This document shows, piece after piece, positions 1 to 9,745 of a stretch of DNA of 64,000 nt. Within the stretch, counting starts at the first letter, position 1. Each line of letters begins with the position of its first letter. A program made the translations under genes and the position numbers. The notes under the pieces were generated by a model. It saw nothing but the letters and a program-made list of their open reading frames with translations. It ran no database searches and was not told where the DNA came from. The DNA comes from a virus. The DNA lies in the IMG/VR virus record IMGVR_UViG_3300002092_001548, positions 74,209 through 138,208 of that record; one strand, written 5' to 3'.

Positions 1-1143
1 CTTTAAGAACTGTGTTCCATGTTCGGTATAAAAACTAAATTTATAATCAAAGCTGCCCTTATTAAGTTCAATAATATCCTCACCAAACGAATAGGGACAG
101 GTTGCTACTATTTTTTCTGTTAGAGCGGCTTCTACGCATGGTAGCTCACATGCCCCAGATGTTGCTGGGTGCGAATAAAGGCTAAAAATATTGTAAATTT
201 CATTTAATTGTTCGTCGCTTACTCCATAACCAATATTGGGTGTTATGAGGGTTTTTTGTTTTGTCCTAGGATTTTCAATATCTTGGCCTCCAAATGGCGC
301 AATAAAATATTCTCTTGTCTCTTTACAGACATATGTACAAAGAACCTCTTTACGGTCTACTCCATACTGGTCACAAAGGCGAAGAATATCCCACCCCTCT
401 CCGTAGTGAGTATGAGTATAAAGAAAGGTATTTTTTACATGAGGATTCTGTTTTTTAAATTGTGCATACGCTTCAATCTGACTATTGATTAACTTACGAA
501 GTTGATTTCTAAAAACAAAACCAATAATAAAGCTATCTTGTGGTAATCCAAATTTGTTTAAAATTTCAGATATTTTTTCTTTTGGCAGTTTGTAAAAATT
601 ATCCGTATTAACAAGTGGATACTGGTTTTTAACGTGAGTATGTCCAAGTTTATGTAGTTCTTTTCTTGCGAAATCGCTCCAAGTCCAATAGTGTTTAATT
701 TTTGTTGCTTTTTCTATCGTATCTGGAAGCAGTGGTAATGAATCAAACGTGTTCCAACATACAGTAGGAACTTTATCAAAGAAATTTTTTTCAGAAACAA
801 ATTGTGACCCCCATGTATCATTTACGGAAAATACGACATCAGGCTTAAAATCTTTGACAATATTTTCAATTTCAAGAGCTCCATATGCAGCCAACCTTCC
901 AAGATTAGGGTCTTGGTTCATCATTGCAATTTTTTGTGGATCATTTGGAACTACTCCTACTGTTTTCCAAGGGTATCTGCGATTATTTTCCGTACCGATT
1001 TGTACACCCTGCGCTGCATTACAAATTTCGTATTTTCCAGTATCATAAAGATATTTCAATAGAAATTTACACTGCTTGCCGAATCCAGTAAAGGCTCCGG
1101 CGTAATCACTTAAAAATAATACGCGTTTCTTTCTTTCTGACAT
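1..1143 (-). CDS. GT-B (GT4-like) glycosyltransferase, 3' end outside the window
   Basis: Absent from the ORF track because it runs off the edge. ATG at 1143 reads MSERKKRVLFLSDYAGAFTGFGKQ; near the edge HPATSGACELPCVEAA matches the GT4 E-x7-E motif. Confidence 0.8.
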   Translation of the reverse strand, partial: MSERKKRVLFLSDYAGAFTGFGKQCKFLLKYLYDTGKYEICNAAQGVQIGTENNRRYPWKTVGVVPNDPQKIAMMNQDPNLGRLAAYGALEIENIVKDFKPDVVFSVNDTWGSQFVSEKNFFDKVPTVCWNTFDSLPLLPDTIEKATKIKHYWTWSDFARKELHKLGHTHVKNQYPLVNTDNFYKLPKEKISEILNKFGLPQDSFIIGFVFRNQLRKLINSQIEAYAQFKKQNPHVKNTFLYTHTHYGEGWDILRLCDQYGVDRKEVLCTYVCKETREYFIAPFGGQDIENPRTKQKTLITPNIGYGVSDEQLNEIYNIFSLYSHPATSGACELPCVEAALTEKIVATCPYSFGEDIIELNKGSFDYKFSFYTEHGTQFLK

Positions 1144-1144
1144 T

Positions 1145-1591
1145 TTACTTTGAAAATAAGTTTTGGAGTGCAAGTTTCAAATATTCTCTTAATTTGATTG
1201 ATTCTACAATATTAAAAGCAATGCCTACCCCATCTATTTTAAGAACGTGTCCAATAAATGCACCGTCTTTGATATAAGGCTCAAAGAAAATAGGCGTTGT
1301 TTTTTCTCCATTTTTATGAACAGTAGAAAATTTCTTCTCACCACCAGACTCTAGTACGTAAAGAAAATTACAAAGCTCTAGATCATTAAGTTTGATTTTC
1401 TTGTGTTTTTCTGGGTTATTGACATTTTCTTTAAATGAGCCATTTTTTGTCTTATCGTCCCACGAATGCTGCTTTAGCAAGTTTACATAAAAGCCATTCT
1501 TTTTTGGATCCTCAAGAGAGGTTACGCAATCAAAAGTTGCGCAAGTTCCCGTACCAGACTTTTGGGGCTTATAAAATTCAATTCTTTTCAT
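1145..1591 (-). CDS. hypothetical protein, possibly Whirly/PC4-like ssDNA-binding fold
   Basis: 148 aa; FYK..GFYVNL..WD..KIKLNDLEL plus C-terminal helix resembles the Whirly pattern by eye. Confidence 0.4.
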   Translation of the reverse strand: MKRIEFYKPQKSGTGTCATFDCVTSLEDPKKNGFYVNLLKQHSWDDKTKNGSFKENVNNPEKHKKIKLNDLELCNFLYVLESGGEKKFSTVHKNGEKTTPIFFEPYIKDGAFIGHVLKIDGVGIAFNIVESIKLREYLKLALQNLFSK

Positions 1592-1609
1592 CCTACATAA
1601 TCGGAGATA

Positions 1610-2005
1610 TTAGAACTGTTTTAAAAAAAACTTTAATAAATTATCAACTAGTCTAGAAAAAAAGAAAATTACCCCCATATAAAGAAGGTTGCCACAGGCT
1701 ATAGATGCAAATAATGATAACCAAGTAGTAAAGCAAATTGGGCATGATACCAGCTTTAAGAAAAAAAGTAATACTTTATTATCTGAGAATGAATATTTCT
1801 GATAAAGATAAAAAGAATAACTCATTTTCAACTCTTCTCCTGATCTAAAATTAAACTCGTCTATCAAAAGGAAAGAATAAATTGATTTTGGTATGAATTT
1901 CTTGAACAGCGTGGCATAAAGCGTAAAGAAGTCAGTAAAATACCATAGGTGGCATAAGAGACCAATTAAAAATACTTCCTGAATTAATAAAATTAAAATT
2001 GACAT
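1610..2005 (-). CDS. membrane protein, DUF1360-like
   Basis: Hydrophobic segments and a CPICFTTW motif. Confidence 0.5.
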   Translation of the reverse strand: MSILILLIQEVFLIGLLCHLWYFTDFFTLYATLFKKFIPKSIYSFLLIDEFNFRSGEELKMSYSFYLYQKYSFSDNKVLLFFLKLVSCPICFTTWLSLFASIACGNLLYMGVIFFFSRLVDNLLKFFLKQF

Positions 2006-2030
2006 GGGTTTAAAAATATATTCATAATTA

Positions 2031-2125
2031 CCGAAGCGGAAACAGCCATTGCGAACTCCGTTCCTTCGTTCACAATATTTACTCGTAAACTCGTAAATGT
2101 ATTTTTATTCACTGCGTTCATAAAT
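2031..2125. other. cluster of short DNA hairpins with G.A mismatches in a divergent intergenic region (candidate origin/ssDNA signal)
   Basis: Minus strand: TTAT-GA-AC-GCA-GT-GA-ATAA, TTTAC-GA-GTTTAC-GA-GTAAA and ATTGTGAAC...GTTCGCAAT. Confidence 0.5.
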
Positions 2126-2203
2126 ATGAATTATTATATTAATTGTAAAAAACAAATCAAATTTAATTTGACTATTATATAAAAATAATATACTCTTAAT
2201 AAG

Positions 2204-2806
2204 ATGAACCCAGAATATAAAAACTGTGAAGATGAAATGCTTATACAGAATATAAAAAACAACTCTTGCAACTCTAGCCTATTAGAGCTAATAACTCGAC
2301 ACAGTGGAATCTGTTTTAGTATAGGAAAAAAGTTTTCTAATTATGGAGGAGTAGACCTAAACGAGATTAATGACAATAAAGATTGGATAATTTATTCTGC
2401 CGCACTATCGTTTAAAGGCGATAAAGGGTCAAAGTTTTCAACTTGGCTTGGCAATCAGGTAAAGTATTACTGCTTAAATCTAAAAAATAAAACCTCAAGA
2501 TATATAGGTGCAGAGGATTCAACCATTGAATTTTTAATTAACCAATACTACAATGATACAAAATCTTCGGACTCTAAAAAAGAAACCTTAAACACAATTA
2601 GTGACCTACTAGACCAAGTAAAAGATAAAAATATTAAGCAAGCCATTCATTATAGATATTTTTCAAATAAAAATAGAATTTTAAATTACTCTGAAATAGG
2701 TGAGATTCTGAATGTCACGCCACAAACAGTACTGAATTGGCACAATAAATTTATTGATCTTGCGAAAAAAAAGTTGACATCCTCTACCAATACCGATATA
2801 ATTTGA
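2204..2806 (+). CDS. phage sigma70-family RNA polymerase sigma factor
   Basis: Region-2-like SKFSTWLGNQVKY; region-4 HTH YSEIGEILNVTPQTV. Confidence 0.8.
   Translation: MNPEYKNCEDEMLIQNIKNNSCNSSLLELITRHSGICFSIGKKFSNYGGVDLNEINDNKDWIIYSAALSFKGDKGSKFSTWLGNQVKYYCLNLKNKTSRYIGAEDSTIEFLINQYYNDTKSSDSKKETLNTISDLLDQVKDKNIKQAIHYRYFSNKNRILNYSEIGEILNVTPQTVLNWHNKFIDLAKKKLTSSTNTDII
2774..2802 (+). promoter_or_regulatory. consensus sigma70 promoter
   Basis: TTGACA-N17-TATAAT, 10 nt before ATG 2813. Confidence 0.8.
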
Positions 2807-2812
2807 TACGTT

Positions 2813-3091
2813 ATGGAAAACACAAACACACAAGGCGACAAGCCAAAGCTAGAAGAGGCTGGAGCACTTTGGAAGCGCACCAGCAAGGCCGGTAACACCT
2901 ACCTAAATGGTAGTTTCAAGACAAAGACTGGAGAAGAGGTAAAGGTTCTTATCTTTAGTAACTCCTCAAAGCCAGAGGGCTCTAACCAGCCAGACTATAG
3001 GGTTTATTTCGATAAGCCGCTTGATGGTCAGGCACCGACCGCCTCGGTCAAGAAGGCAGTAGTAAACAAGAACGACGAGATTCCCTTCTAA
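2813..3091 (+). CDS. small ssDNA-binding protein (DUF736-like) with SSB-type tail
   Basis: GALW..YLNG..NQPDYRV motif; ends in DEIPF. Confidence 0.7.
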   Translation: MENTNTQGDKPKLEEAGALWKRTSKAGNTYLNGSFKTKTGEEVKVLIFSNSSKPEGSNQPDYRVYFDKPLDGQAPTASVKKAVVNKNDEIPF

Positions 3092-3093
3092 TC

Positions 3094-4185
3094 GTGAGTA
3101 TCGCCCTACATCTGCCGCTTAATTCAACGTCATTAGGGCAAGTATCCTTTTCTATCCTGCGAGAAATTTACTCTCGCGGGATAGAGACGGTTCTTTTTCC
3201 AATTGGAGATGTTGATGCATCTACGCAACAACAAGATCCAACTTTCTTTGCGTGGATTCAGCAATCCATCCAATCTGCGCAAAAAACCCATAATAGAAAA
3301 AATCATATTTTTAAACTTTGGCATCTCGCGGGAAGCCTAGAAAGTTTTTCTGAAAAACAAGTTCTTCTTAGTTTTTATGAGCTAGACTCTCCAACCCAAA
3401 CCGAAATCAATATTGTAAACAATAACGCAAAGGTTCTTCTTTCTAGCAACTATGCTATTAGTGCATTCAATAATTTGGGGTGTACAAATTTAGAATTCAT
3501 ACCCCTTGCTTTTGATTCTACACACTTTAATGTAGACCCTAATCGTCCTAAAGACAGAACAGATATCCATTTTGGACTATGTGGAAAGCTTGAACCACAA
3601 CGCAAGAGACATTTAAAAGCACTTCAAGCTTGGGTAAAGCAATATGGAAATAAGCCGGGCTATTTCTTAAATTGTGCCATCTTCAATAAATTTTTAGATC
3701 CGAATGTTCAGTCTAACATTATCGGACAAGCCCTACAGGGGCAAAGATATTGGAATCTAAACTTCTTGCCCTTCATGGAAAGCAATGAGGCTTATAATAA
3801 ATTTATTAATAATAATGATATTATTCTTGCAACTAGCGGTGGAGAAGGCTGGGGGCTTCCAGAATTCCAAAGCGTAGCGATTGGAAAACACTGTGTTGGT
3901 ATAAATGCGCATGCGTATAAAGATTGGATGACAAATGAAAATTCTGTACTAGTCAATCCTAATAGCAAAATTCCAGTTTACGATGGAATGTTTTTTCACC
4001 AAGGGGCAGAAATAAATCAAGGTAATATATTTGATTGGGATGAGAATGACTTTATTAAAGGCATGCAAGAAGCCGAATCTAGATTCAGAAAAAATCCAGT
4101 AAATACAGCAGGACTAGAACTTCAGTCTAAATTTACTTATCCTAAAATGGTAGATTCGATTCTACAAATTATGAATAATCTATGA
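3094..4185 (+). CDS. GT4-like glycosyltransferase
   Basis: GKLEPQRK and SGGEGWGLPEFQS motifs. Confidence 0.8.
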   Translation: MSIALHLPLNSTSLGQVSFSILREIYSRGIETVLFPIGDVDASTQQQDPTFFAWIQQSIQSAQKTHNRKNHIFKLWHLAGSLESFSEKQVLLSFYELDSPTQTEINIVNNNAKVLLSSNYAISAFNNLGCTNLEFIPLAFDSTHFNVDPNRPKDRTDIHFGLCGKLEPQRKRHLKALQAWVKQYGNKPGYFLNCAIFNKFLDPNVQSNIIGQALQGQRYWNLNFLPFMESNEAYNKFINNNDIILATSGGEGWGLPEFQSVAIGKHCVGINAHAYKDWMTNENSVLVNPNSKIPVYDGMFFHQGAEINQGNIFDWDENDFIKGMQEAESRFRKNPVNTAGLELQSKFTYPKMVDSILQIMNNL

Positions 4186-4345
4186 GTGACGAAGATTTAA
4201 AATTAATTAATGGAGCTAGCGCAGAATTAAATAAACTAAAATTCAGTGATGGAACAGAATACTTTAGAATGCCAAACGGTACTCTAATAAGATCAACTCC
4301 TCGTGCCCATAAGATTAGAAAAAGAAATAAATTAAATAAAAAGTA

Positions 4346-4783
4346 ATGCCGCTTTATACATTCGAGCATCCAGAAACCGAAGAAACTCGTGATGTCTTTT
4401 TTAAGATGAACGATGAAAAGAAGTTTATTGACCAAGAGGGGGTTGAATGGAAAAGGGTATTTTATCCCCCTACTTTTGCGTTTGATACCATGATTGATCC
4501 ACATGATGAAAAAGCTTTTACGCGTAAAACAGAAAGAGGTGGAACCGTAGGTGAGCTTTTTGATATGTCAAAAGACATGAGTGAAAGGCGCGGTGGAGCA
4601 AAAAATGATGAAATTAAAGTCAAATATGACAATCAAAAGAAAAAAGAACTTGATGCTCAAGCTTTAAACAATTTAAAAACAGAACGTAAAAAACAATTTG
4701 AAGAGTTTAAAAAATTAGATAAATCAAGAGTAAAAGTAAAAAAAACAGCGCGGCAAACCACAAAAACTAAACGCGCCAATTAA
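4346..4783 (+). CDS. FmdB-like N-terminal domain protein (Cys-less)
   Basis: MPLYTFEHPETEE...WKRVF pattern; basic C-terminus. Confidence 0.5.
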   Translation: MPLYTFEHPETEETRDVFFKMNDEKKFIDQEGVEWKRVFYPPTFAFDTMIDPHDEKAFTRKTERGGTVGELFDMSKDMSERRGGAKNDEIKVKYDNQKKKELDAQALNNLKTERKKQFEEFKKLDKSRVKVKKTARQTTKTKRAN

Positions 4784-4857
4784 ATTTTCATTTCTGAATA
4801 TTTTAGTTTTAATGGGGCACAAGATGTTGTAATATACTAGCACAACGCTTTTAAATT

Positions 4858-5829
4858 ATGATATTCGAAGAACAAATTTCACGCAAACCTAACTCATACC
4901 CTTGGACAGAAGAATTCATTGAGGCAATGCATAATGGCTTCTGGACGGATAAGGAGTTCTCTTTTAAATCGGACATCCAGCAGTTTAAAGTTAATCTTAA
5001 CGATCAAGAAAGAGAAATTATTGTTAGAACTCTTTCTGCCGTTGGTCAGATTGAAGTAGCAGTTAAAACCTTTTGGGCAAAACTTGGTGAAAATTTGCCG
5101 CATCCGGCACTACAAGATCTTGGGTACGTTATGGCAAACGTAGAAGTTATTCATAATAATGCCTATGAGCGACTATTATCTGTTCTAGATTTGGAGGAAG
5201 TTTTTGAAGAAAACCTTAAACTTGAATGGATTCAAGGCAGGGTAAACTATCTGAGAAAGTATACCCATCGTTTTTACAAAGATTCTAAAAAACAATATCT
5301 TTATGCTCTTATCCTTTTTACGCTTTTTGTTGAAAATGTTAGTTTATTTAGCCAGTTTTATGTTATTAATTGGTTTGCAAAGTTTAAAAATGTTCTTAAA
5401 GATACCGACCAGCAAGTTAGATATACAAGAAATGAAGAAAATATTCATGCCCTTGTTGGTATTAAAATAATCAATACAATTCGTCAAGAATATCCAGAGC
5501 TATTTGACGCAGAACTAGAAGAAAAGATTATTTTTGAGGCAGGAGAGGCGCTTAAATCCGAATCTAAAATTGTTGACTGGATGGTAAATGGAATTCAAGA
5601 AGATGGATTAAATGCGCCGCTTCTCAAAGAATTCATTAAAAATCGTATTAATGATTCATTAACTCAAATTGGTTTTAGAAAAGCTTTTGAGGTTGATAAG
5701 GAACTATTAAAGAAAACCTTATGGTTTGAAGAAGAGCTATTGGGTAATAATATGACAGATTTTTTCCATTCTCGTCCAGTAGAATACTCAAAGAAAAGTC
5801 AATCATTTGATGAATCAGACTTGTTTTAG
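4858..5829 (+). CDS. nrdB: ribonucleotide reductase beta subunit, class Id-like
   Basis: QIEVAVKTFW, EVIHNNAY, ENVSLFSQF, EENIH, DFFHSRPVEY motifs. Confidence 0.95.
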   Translation: MIFEEQISRKPNSYPWTEEFIEAMHNGFWTDKEFSFKSDIQQFKVNLNDQEREIIVRTLSAVGQIEVAVKTFWAKLGENLPHPALQDLGYVMANVEVIHNNAYERLLSVLDLEEVFEENLKLEWIQGRVNYLRKYTHRFYKDSKKQYLYALILFTLFVENVSLFSQFYVINWFAKFKNVLKDTDQQVRYTRNEENIHALVGIKIINTIRQEYPELFDAELEEKIIFEAGEALKSESKIVDWMVNGIQEDGLNAPLLKEFIKNRINDSLTQIGFRKAFEVDKELLKKTLWFEEELLGNNMTDFFHSRPVEYSKKSQSFDESDLF

Positions 5830-5860
5830 TTTTCAAATAGTATTATAGTTATAATAACTT

Positions 5861-7534
5861 ATGAGTGAGACGACAGAGACTGATATTTATTGGCTTAACA
5901 AAGATTCTCGGAAGTTCCTGCAAAGGGGCTATCTTTTAGAAGGGGAGACACCAGAACAGAGAATTAGTGATATTGCAAAATCAGCGCAAAAACTTTTAGT
6001 GGATTTTACTGGAGACACAAAGTTTGCAAAGAAGTTTGAAAATTATATGCATCGTGGATTTTATTCACTAGCTTCTCCAATTTGGGCAAATTTTGGCAGA
6101 GACCGTGGGTTGCCAATTTCTTGTTTTGGGTCTCACATTCCAGACACTATGGAAGGCATTCTAGAAAAAGTTTCCGAAGTTGGAATGATGACAAAAGGCG
6201 GCGGCGGAACATCTGCATATTTTGGAGAATTACGTGGCCGTGGAGAGCGTATCTCTTCTGGCGGAGAGTCAACTGGCGCAGTTCACTTTATGGAGCTTTT
6301 TGACAAGCTAATGAATGTAGTTTCTCAGGGAAATGTTCGTCGTGGTAGTTTTGCCTCCTATCTTCCAGTTGACCATAAAGATATCGAAGAGTTCTTAAAA
6401 ATTCGGTCGGAAGGCAATAGTATTCAAGATTTATCCATTGGGGTAACAGTAACAGATGAATGGATGAAGTCAATGATCGAAGGAGACAAAGAAAAACGCC
6501 GAATTTGGGGGTTAGTTGTGAAGAAACGTTTTGAAAGTGGGTATCCGTATATTTTCTTTACAGATAATGTTAATAATAACGCCCCAGAAGTATACAAGAA
6601 AAAGAAGATGAAAATTAATCATTCCAATCTTTGCACTGAAATTATGTTGCCCAATAGCGCAGATGAATCATTTGTTTGCGACCTCTCCTCTATGAACCTT
6701 GATCGTTGGGAAGAATGGAAAGATACGGACGCAGTAGAAACAATGATTTATTTCTTAGATGCCGTAATGACTGAGTTTATTAATAAAACTGAAGGAATGC
6801 AGTTTATGGACGCACCTAGGAAGTTTGCAATGCGCCATCGTGCCCTAGGGCTAGGCGTTCTAGGCTGGCACTCTTTACTACAATCTAAAATGATACCATT
6901 TGAATCAATGGAAGCAAAATTCCTTAATTCTACCGTATGGAAGACAATTCGCGAAAAAGCAGATAAGGCCACTACCGAGCTTGCAAATTTGATTGGAGAA
7001 CCAGAAGTATTAAAGGGATACAATCGTAGAAATACTACCACCCTAGCCGTTGCACCCACAACATCTTCTTCTTTTATTCTAGGGCAAGTTTCTCCAAGCA
7101 TTGAACCGCTTGAAAGTAATTACTTTGTTAAAGACCTAGCTAAAGGCAAGTTTACACACAAGAATCCTTATCTTAAAAAGCTTTTGAAAGACAAGGGCAA
7201 ACATAATGACGATATTTGGATGGATATTTTAAAACATGGCGGGTCAGTTCAACATTTAGACTTTTTAACTCAAGATGAAAAAGATGTATTTAAAACATTC
7301 GCAGAAACTTCGCAGCGTGAAGTTGTAATTCAAGCGGCCGCTCGTCAAAAGTATATTGATCAAGGACAGAGCTTGAACCTAATGATCCCCGCCGGGACTG
7401 CCCCTAAAGCTGTTAATGAATTAAATATCTTTGCTTGGGAACAAGGTATTAAGAGCCTTTATTACCAACGCTCAAGCAATCCGGCAAAAGATCTAGCACG
7501 TTCAATCATGACCTGTAAATCTTGCGAGGCGTAA
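5861..7534 (+). CDS. nrdA: ribonucleotide reductase alpha subunit, short, no ATP cone
   Basis: PISCF, SNLCTEI, APTTSSS, KSLYY and C-terminal CKSC. Confidence 0.95.
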   Translation: MSETTETDIYWLNKDSRKFLQRGYLLEGETPEQRISDIAKSAQKLLVDFTGDTKFAKKFENYMHRGFYSLASPIWANFGRDRGLPISCFGSHIPDTMEGILEKVSEVGMMTKGGGGTSAYFGELRGRGERISSGGESTGAVHFMELFDKLMNVVSQGNVRRGSFASYLPVDHKDIEEFLKIRSEGNSIQDLSIGVTVTDEWMKSMIEGDKEKRRIWGLVVKKRFESGYPYIFFTDNVNNNAPEVYKKKKMKINHSNLCTEIMLPNSADESFVCDLSSMNLDRWEEWKDTDAVETMIYFLDAVMTEFINKTEGMQFMDAPRKFAMRHRALGLGVLGWHSLLQSKMIPFESMEAKFLNSTVWKTIREKADKATTELANLIGEPEVLKGYNRRNTTTLAVAPTTSSSFILGQVSPSIEPLESNYFVKDLAKGKFTHKNPYLKKLLKDKGKHNDDIWMDILKHGGSVQHLDFLTQDEKDVFKTFAETSQREVVIQAAARQKYIDQGQSLNLMIPAGTAPKAVNELNIFAWEQGIKSLYYQRSSNPAKDLARSIMTCKSCEA

Positions 7535-7542
7535 TATCAGTA

Positions 7543-7911
7543 ATGGATCCAAATAAAGAAAATAGGGATGGACTTGATTCTACAATAGAAGAAAAACTAA
7601 TGGGAAACCTTCAGTGGTCTCTATTATTTTTCATGTTTAATACCCTTTGTGAATCTAGAAAGGACTCAAAACTAGATAAAGAATTTTTTAAAGGATGGAA
7701 GAAATTTGCATCACAGAACCTAATAGCAAAAGATTTAGAAACTATAAATACTGTATTAAACTCTCCTAAAAACATGTTTAACTCTCTTTTGAGAAATAAG
7801 GATGAGACTATAGAAAGTACAGAGATATATCAAGAAAAATACAATACAATAATGAAAGGTATTGAAAAATTTTACTTTAATAGCTTAAAAGCACAAAATG
7901 ACGATGATTAA
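7543..7911 (+). CDS. hypothetical protein
   Basis: ORF; ATG 7543 follows the nrdA stop. Confidence 0.55.
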   Translation: MDPNKENRDGLDSTIEEKLMGNLQWSLLFFMFNTLCESRKDSKLDKEFFKGWKKFASQNLIAKDLETINTVLNSPKNMFNSLLRNKDETIESTEIYQEKYNTIMKGIEKFYFNSLKAQNDDD

Positions 7912-7933
7912 TAATATAGTGTAATATACTGTT

Positions 7934-8425
7934 ATGGAAATCGTTAAGTCACAAAAGTTTACAACTGAAGAGGCTGCCATTGTTGACAGGGCGGTTAGTT
8001 CTGTTTTTAATGCTCACAACCAACCTCAAAGTGCATATTTTCCTAATGTTTCCCTATTCATCTCTTGCGATGTCAATGAACACCCTGATTATATAATAAA
8101 TATAAATAGCTTAGTAGGTGACGCTAGAACACAAATGGTAGAATTATTAAGACTATCTAATTATATTTTTAGAGGCGCATATGTAGAACCAAGATATCTC
8201 CTTGCGTCATATGAACAACCACAAATCGATACGCCAATTACAATTCCCGCTGTAATAGTTGAGCCTATAGCAACAGAAACAATAGAAGAAAAAGCAGAAG
8301 AATTAAAACATGAAGTAACAGATGGGGAACAAGAAATTGCGCCACATACGGAAGTTAGCGATACCGAGCAATCATCGGTAGAAACATTTGCGCCAATTTC
8401 AGAAGGTTCAGTACAAACTAGTTAA
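7934..8425 (+). CDS. hypothetical protein with acidic C-terminus
   Basis: 163 aa ORF preceded by GTGTAA at 7919. Confidence 0.55.
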   Translation: MEIVKSQKFTTEEAAIVDRAVSSVFNAHNQPQSAYFPNVSLFISCDVNEHPDYIININSLVGDARTQMVELLRLSNYIFRGAYVEPRYLLASYEQPQIDTPITIPAVIVEPIATETIEEKAEELKHEVTDGEQEIAPHTEVSDTEQSSVETFAPISEGSVQTS

Positions 8426-8472
8426 TTTAAAATATTTTTTGATTGATCGATATCTGGTATATAATACTAGAT

Positions 8473-9534
8473 ATGGACAATAATGTTAAAAAAGTCATTG
8501 TTACCGGAATTACTGGTCAAGATGGTAGTTATATGGTTGACTACTTATTAGAGAATACTGACTACCAAATTTACGGAATGGTTCGACGTTCTTCTACTAT
8601 TAATACAATCAATATTAATCAATTTTTAAATAACCCAAGATTTACGTTAGTTACTGGCGATCTTTCGGACAGTCAATCAATTGATAACTTAGTTAGGGAA
8701 ATACTTCCAGATTATTTTATTAATTTGGCGGCACAAAGTTTTGTTGGAAGCAGTTGGCAGATTCCAGAGCAAACATTTGATGTTGGCGCATTAGGTGTTT
8801 TAAGGTGTTTAGAAGCCATTCGGAAACACGTACCAAAATGTCATTTTTACAATGCAGGATCTAGTGAAGAGTTAGGAGATGTAGACTATTTTCCCCAAGA
8901 CGAAAAACACCCACTAAAACCAAGGAGTCCTTATGGCGCAGCAAAGGCAGCGGCCCGGCACCTTGTAAAAGTTTATCGTGAGAGTTATAACCTATATGCA
9001 ATCCAAGGATTACTATATAATCATGAATCAGAACGCAGGGGCGAAGAATTTGTTACTCGAAAAATTACGAAGGCAGTTGCAAGAATTAAAAAAGCAATAG
9101 ATAATAACCAACCGTTTCAACCTTTAGAGTTAGGTAATCTTGATGCAAAAAGAGACTGGAGTCACGCTCAAGATTTTGTAGACGGCATTTGGAAAATGCT
9201 AAATCAAGAAAAACCACTGGAACACCTTCTTTCGTCTAATGAAACTCACTCAGTAAAGGAATTTGTTGAACTAGCCTTTAAAGAAGCAGGACTGTTTGGA
9301 AATTGGGATTTTATAAACGGTAGAGAGAGTATAAATGAACAATATCTATATATTAACCATGATAGCCTAGCTTGCCTTGTTAGAATTAATCCAGAATTTT
9401 ATAGACCAGCCGAAGTTGATTTTTTATGGGGTAACGCAGAAAAAGCAAGAAATGAATTAAATTGGCAACCTAAAATTAATTTTAATGAACTAGTATCACG
9501 AATGGTTCGTAATGATATTGCGCTTGAAAAATAA
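8473..9534 (+). CDS. gmd: GDP-mannose 4,6-dehydratase
   Basis: TGITGQDGSY, SPYGAAK, NHESERRG, LGNLDAKRDW, RPAEVD. Confidence 0.95.
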   Translation: MDNNVKKVIVTGITGQDGSYMVDYLLENTDYQIYGMVRRSSTINTININQFLNNPRFTLVTGDLSDSQSIDNLVREILPDYFINLAAQSFVGSSWQIPEQTFDVGALGVLRCLEAIRKHVPKCHFYNAGSSEELGDVDYFPQDEKHPLKPRSPYGAAKAAARHLVKVYRESYNLYAIQGLLYNHESERRGEEFVTRKITKAVARIKKAIDNNQPFQPLELGNLDAKRDWSHAQDFVDGIWKMLNQEKPLEHLLSSNETHSVKEFVELAFKEAGLFGNWDFINGRESINEQYLYINHDSLACLVRINPEFYRPAEVDFLWGNAEKARNELNWQPKINFNELVSRMVRNDIALEK

Positions 9535-9550
9535 ATAAAACCATAGTAGT

Positions 9551-9745
9551 ATGGAGTCTGAAAATGCAAAGTCAAAAATTGAAACATGTAGATTCAGATC
9601 AGAAACAGAACACTCTAGATCTATTTCAAGATGTGCATGTCAAGGCGGCCCGTATACAGAAACGGGATTCCTTTGCTCTAAAAGACAAATCTTTAAAGTC
9701 TCAAAAGAAATCTGTAAAGCCTGCCCAGTCTACCAGCATAAATAA
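9551..9745 (+). CDS. small Cys-rich protein (overlaps next ORF)
   Basis: 64 aa with six Cys including CxC and CxxC. Confidence 0.4.
   Translation: MESENAKSKIETCRFRSETEHSRSISRCACQGGPYTETGFLCSKRQIFKVSKEICKACPVYQHK

Noticed and set aside
208-1048. Plus-strand ORFs 208-492 and 749-1048
   Set aside because: Shadow ORFs antisense to the glycosyltransferase that runs off the left edge.
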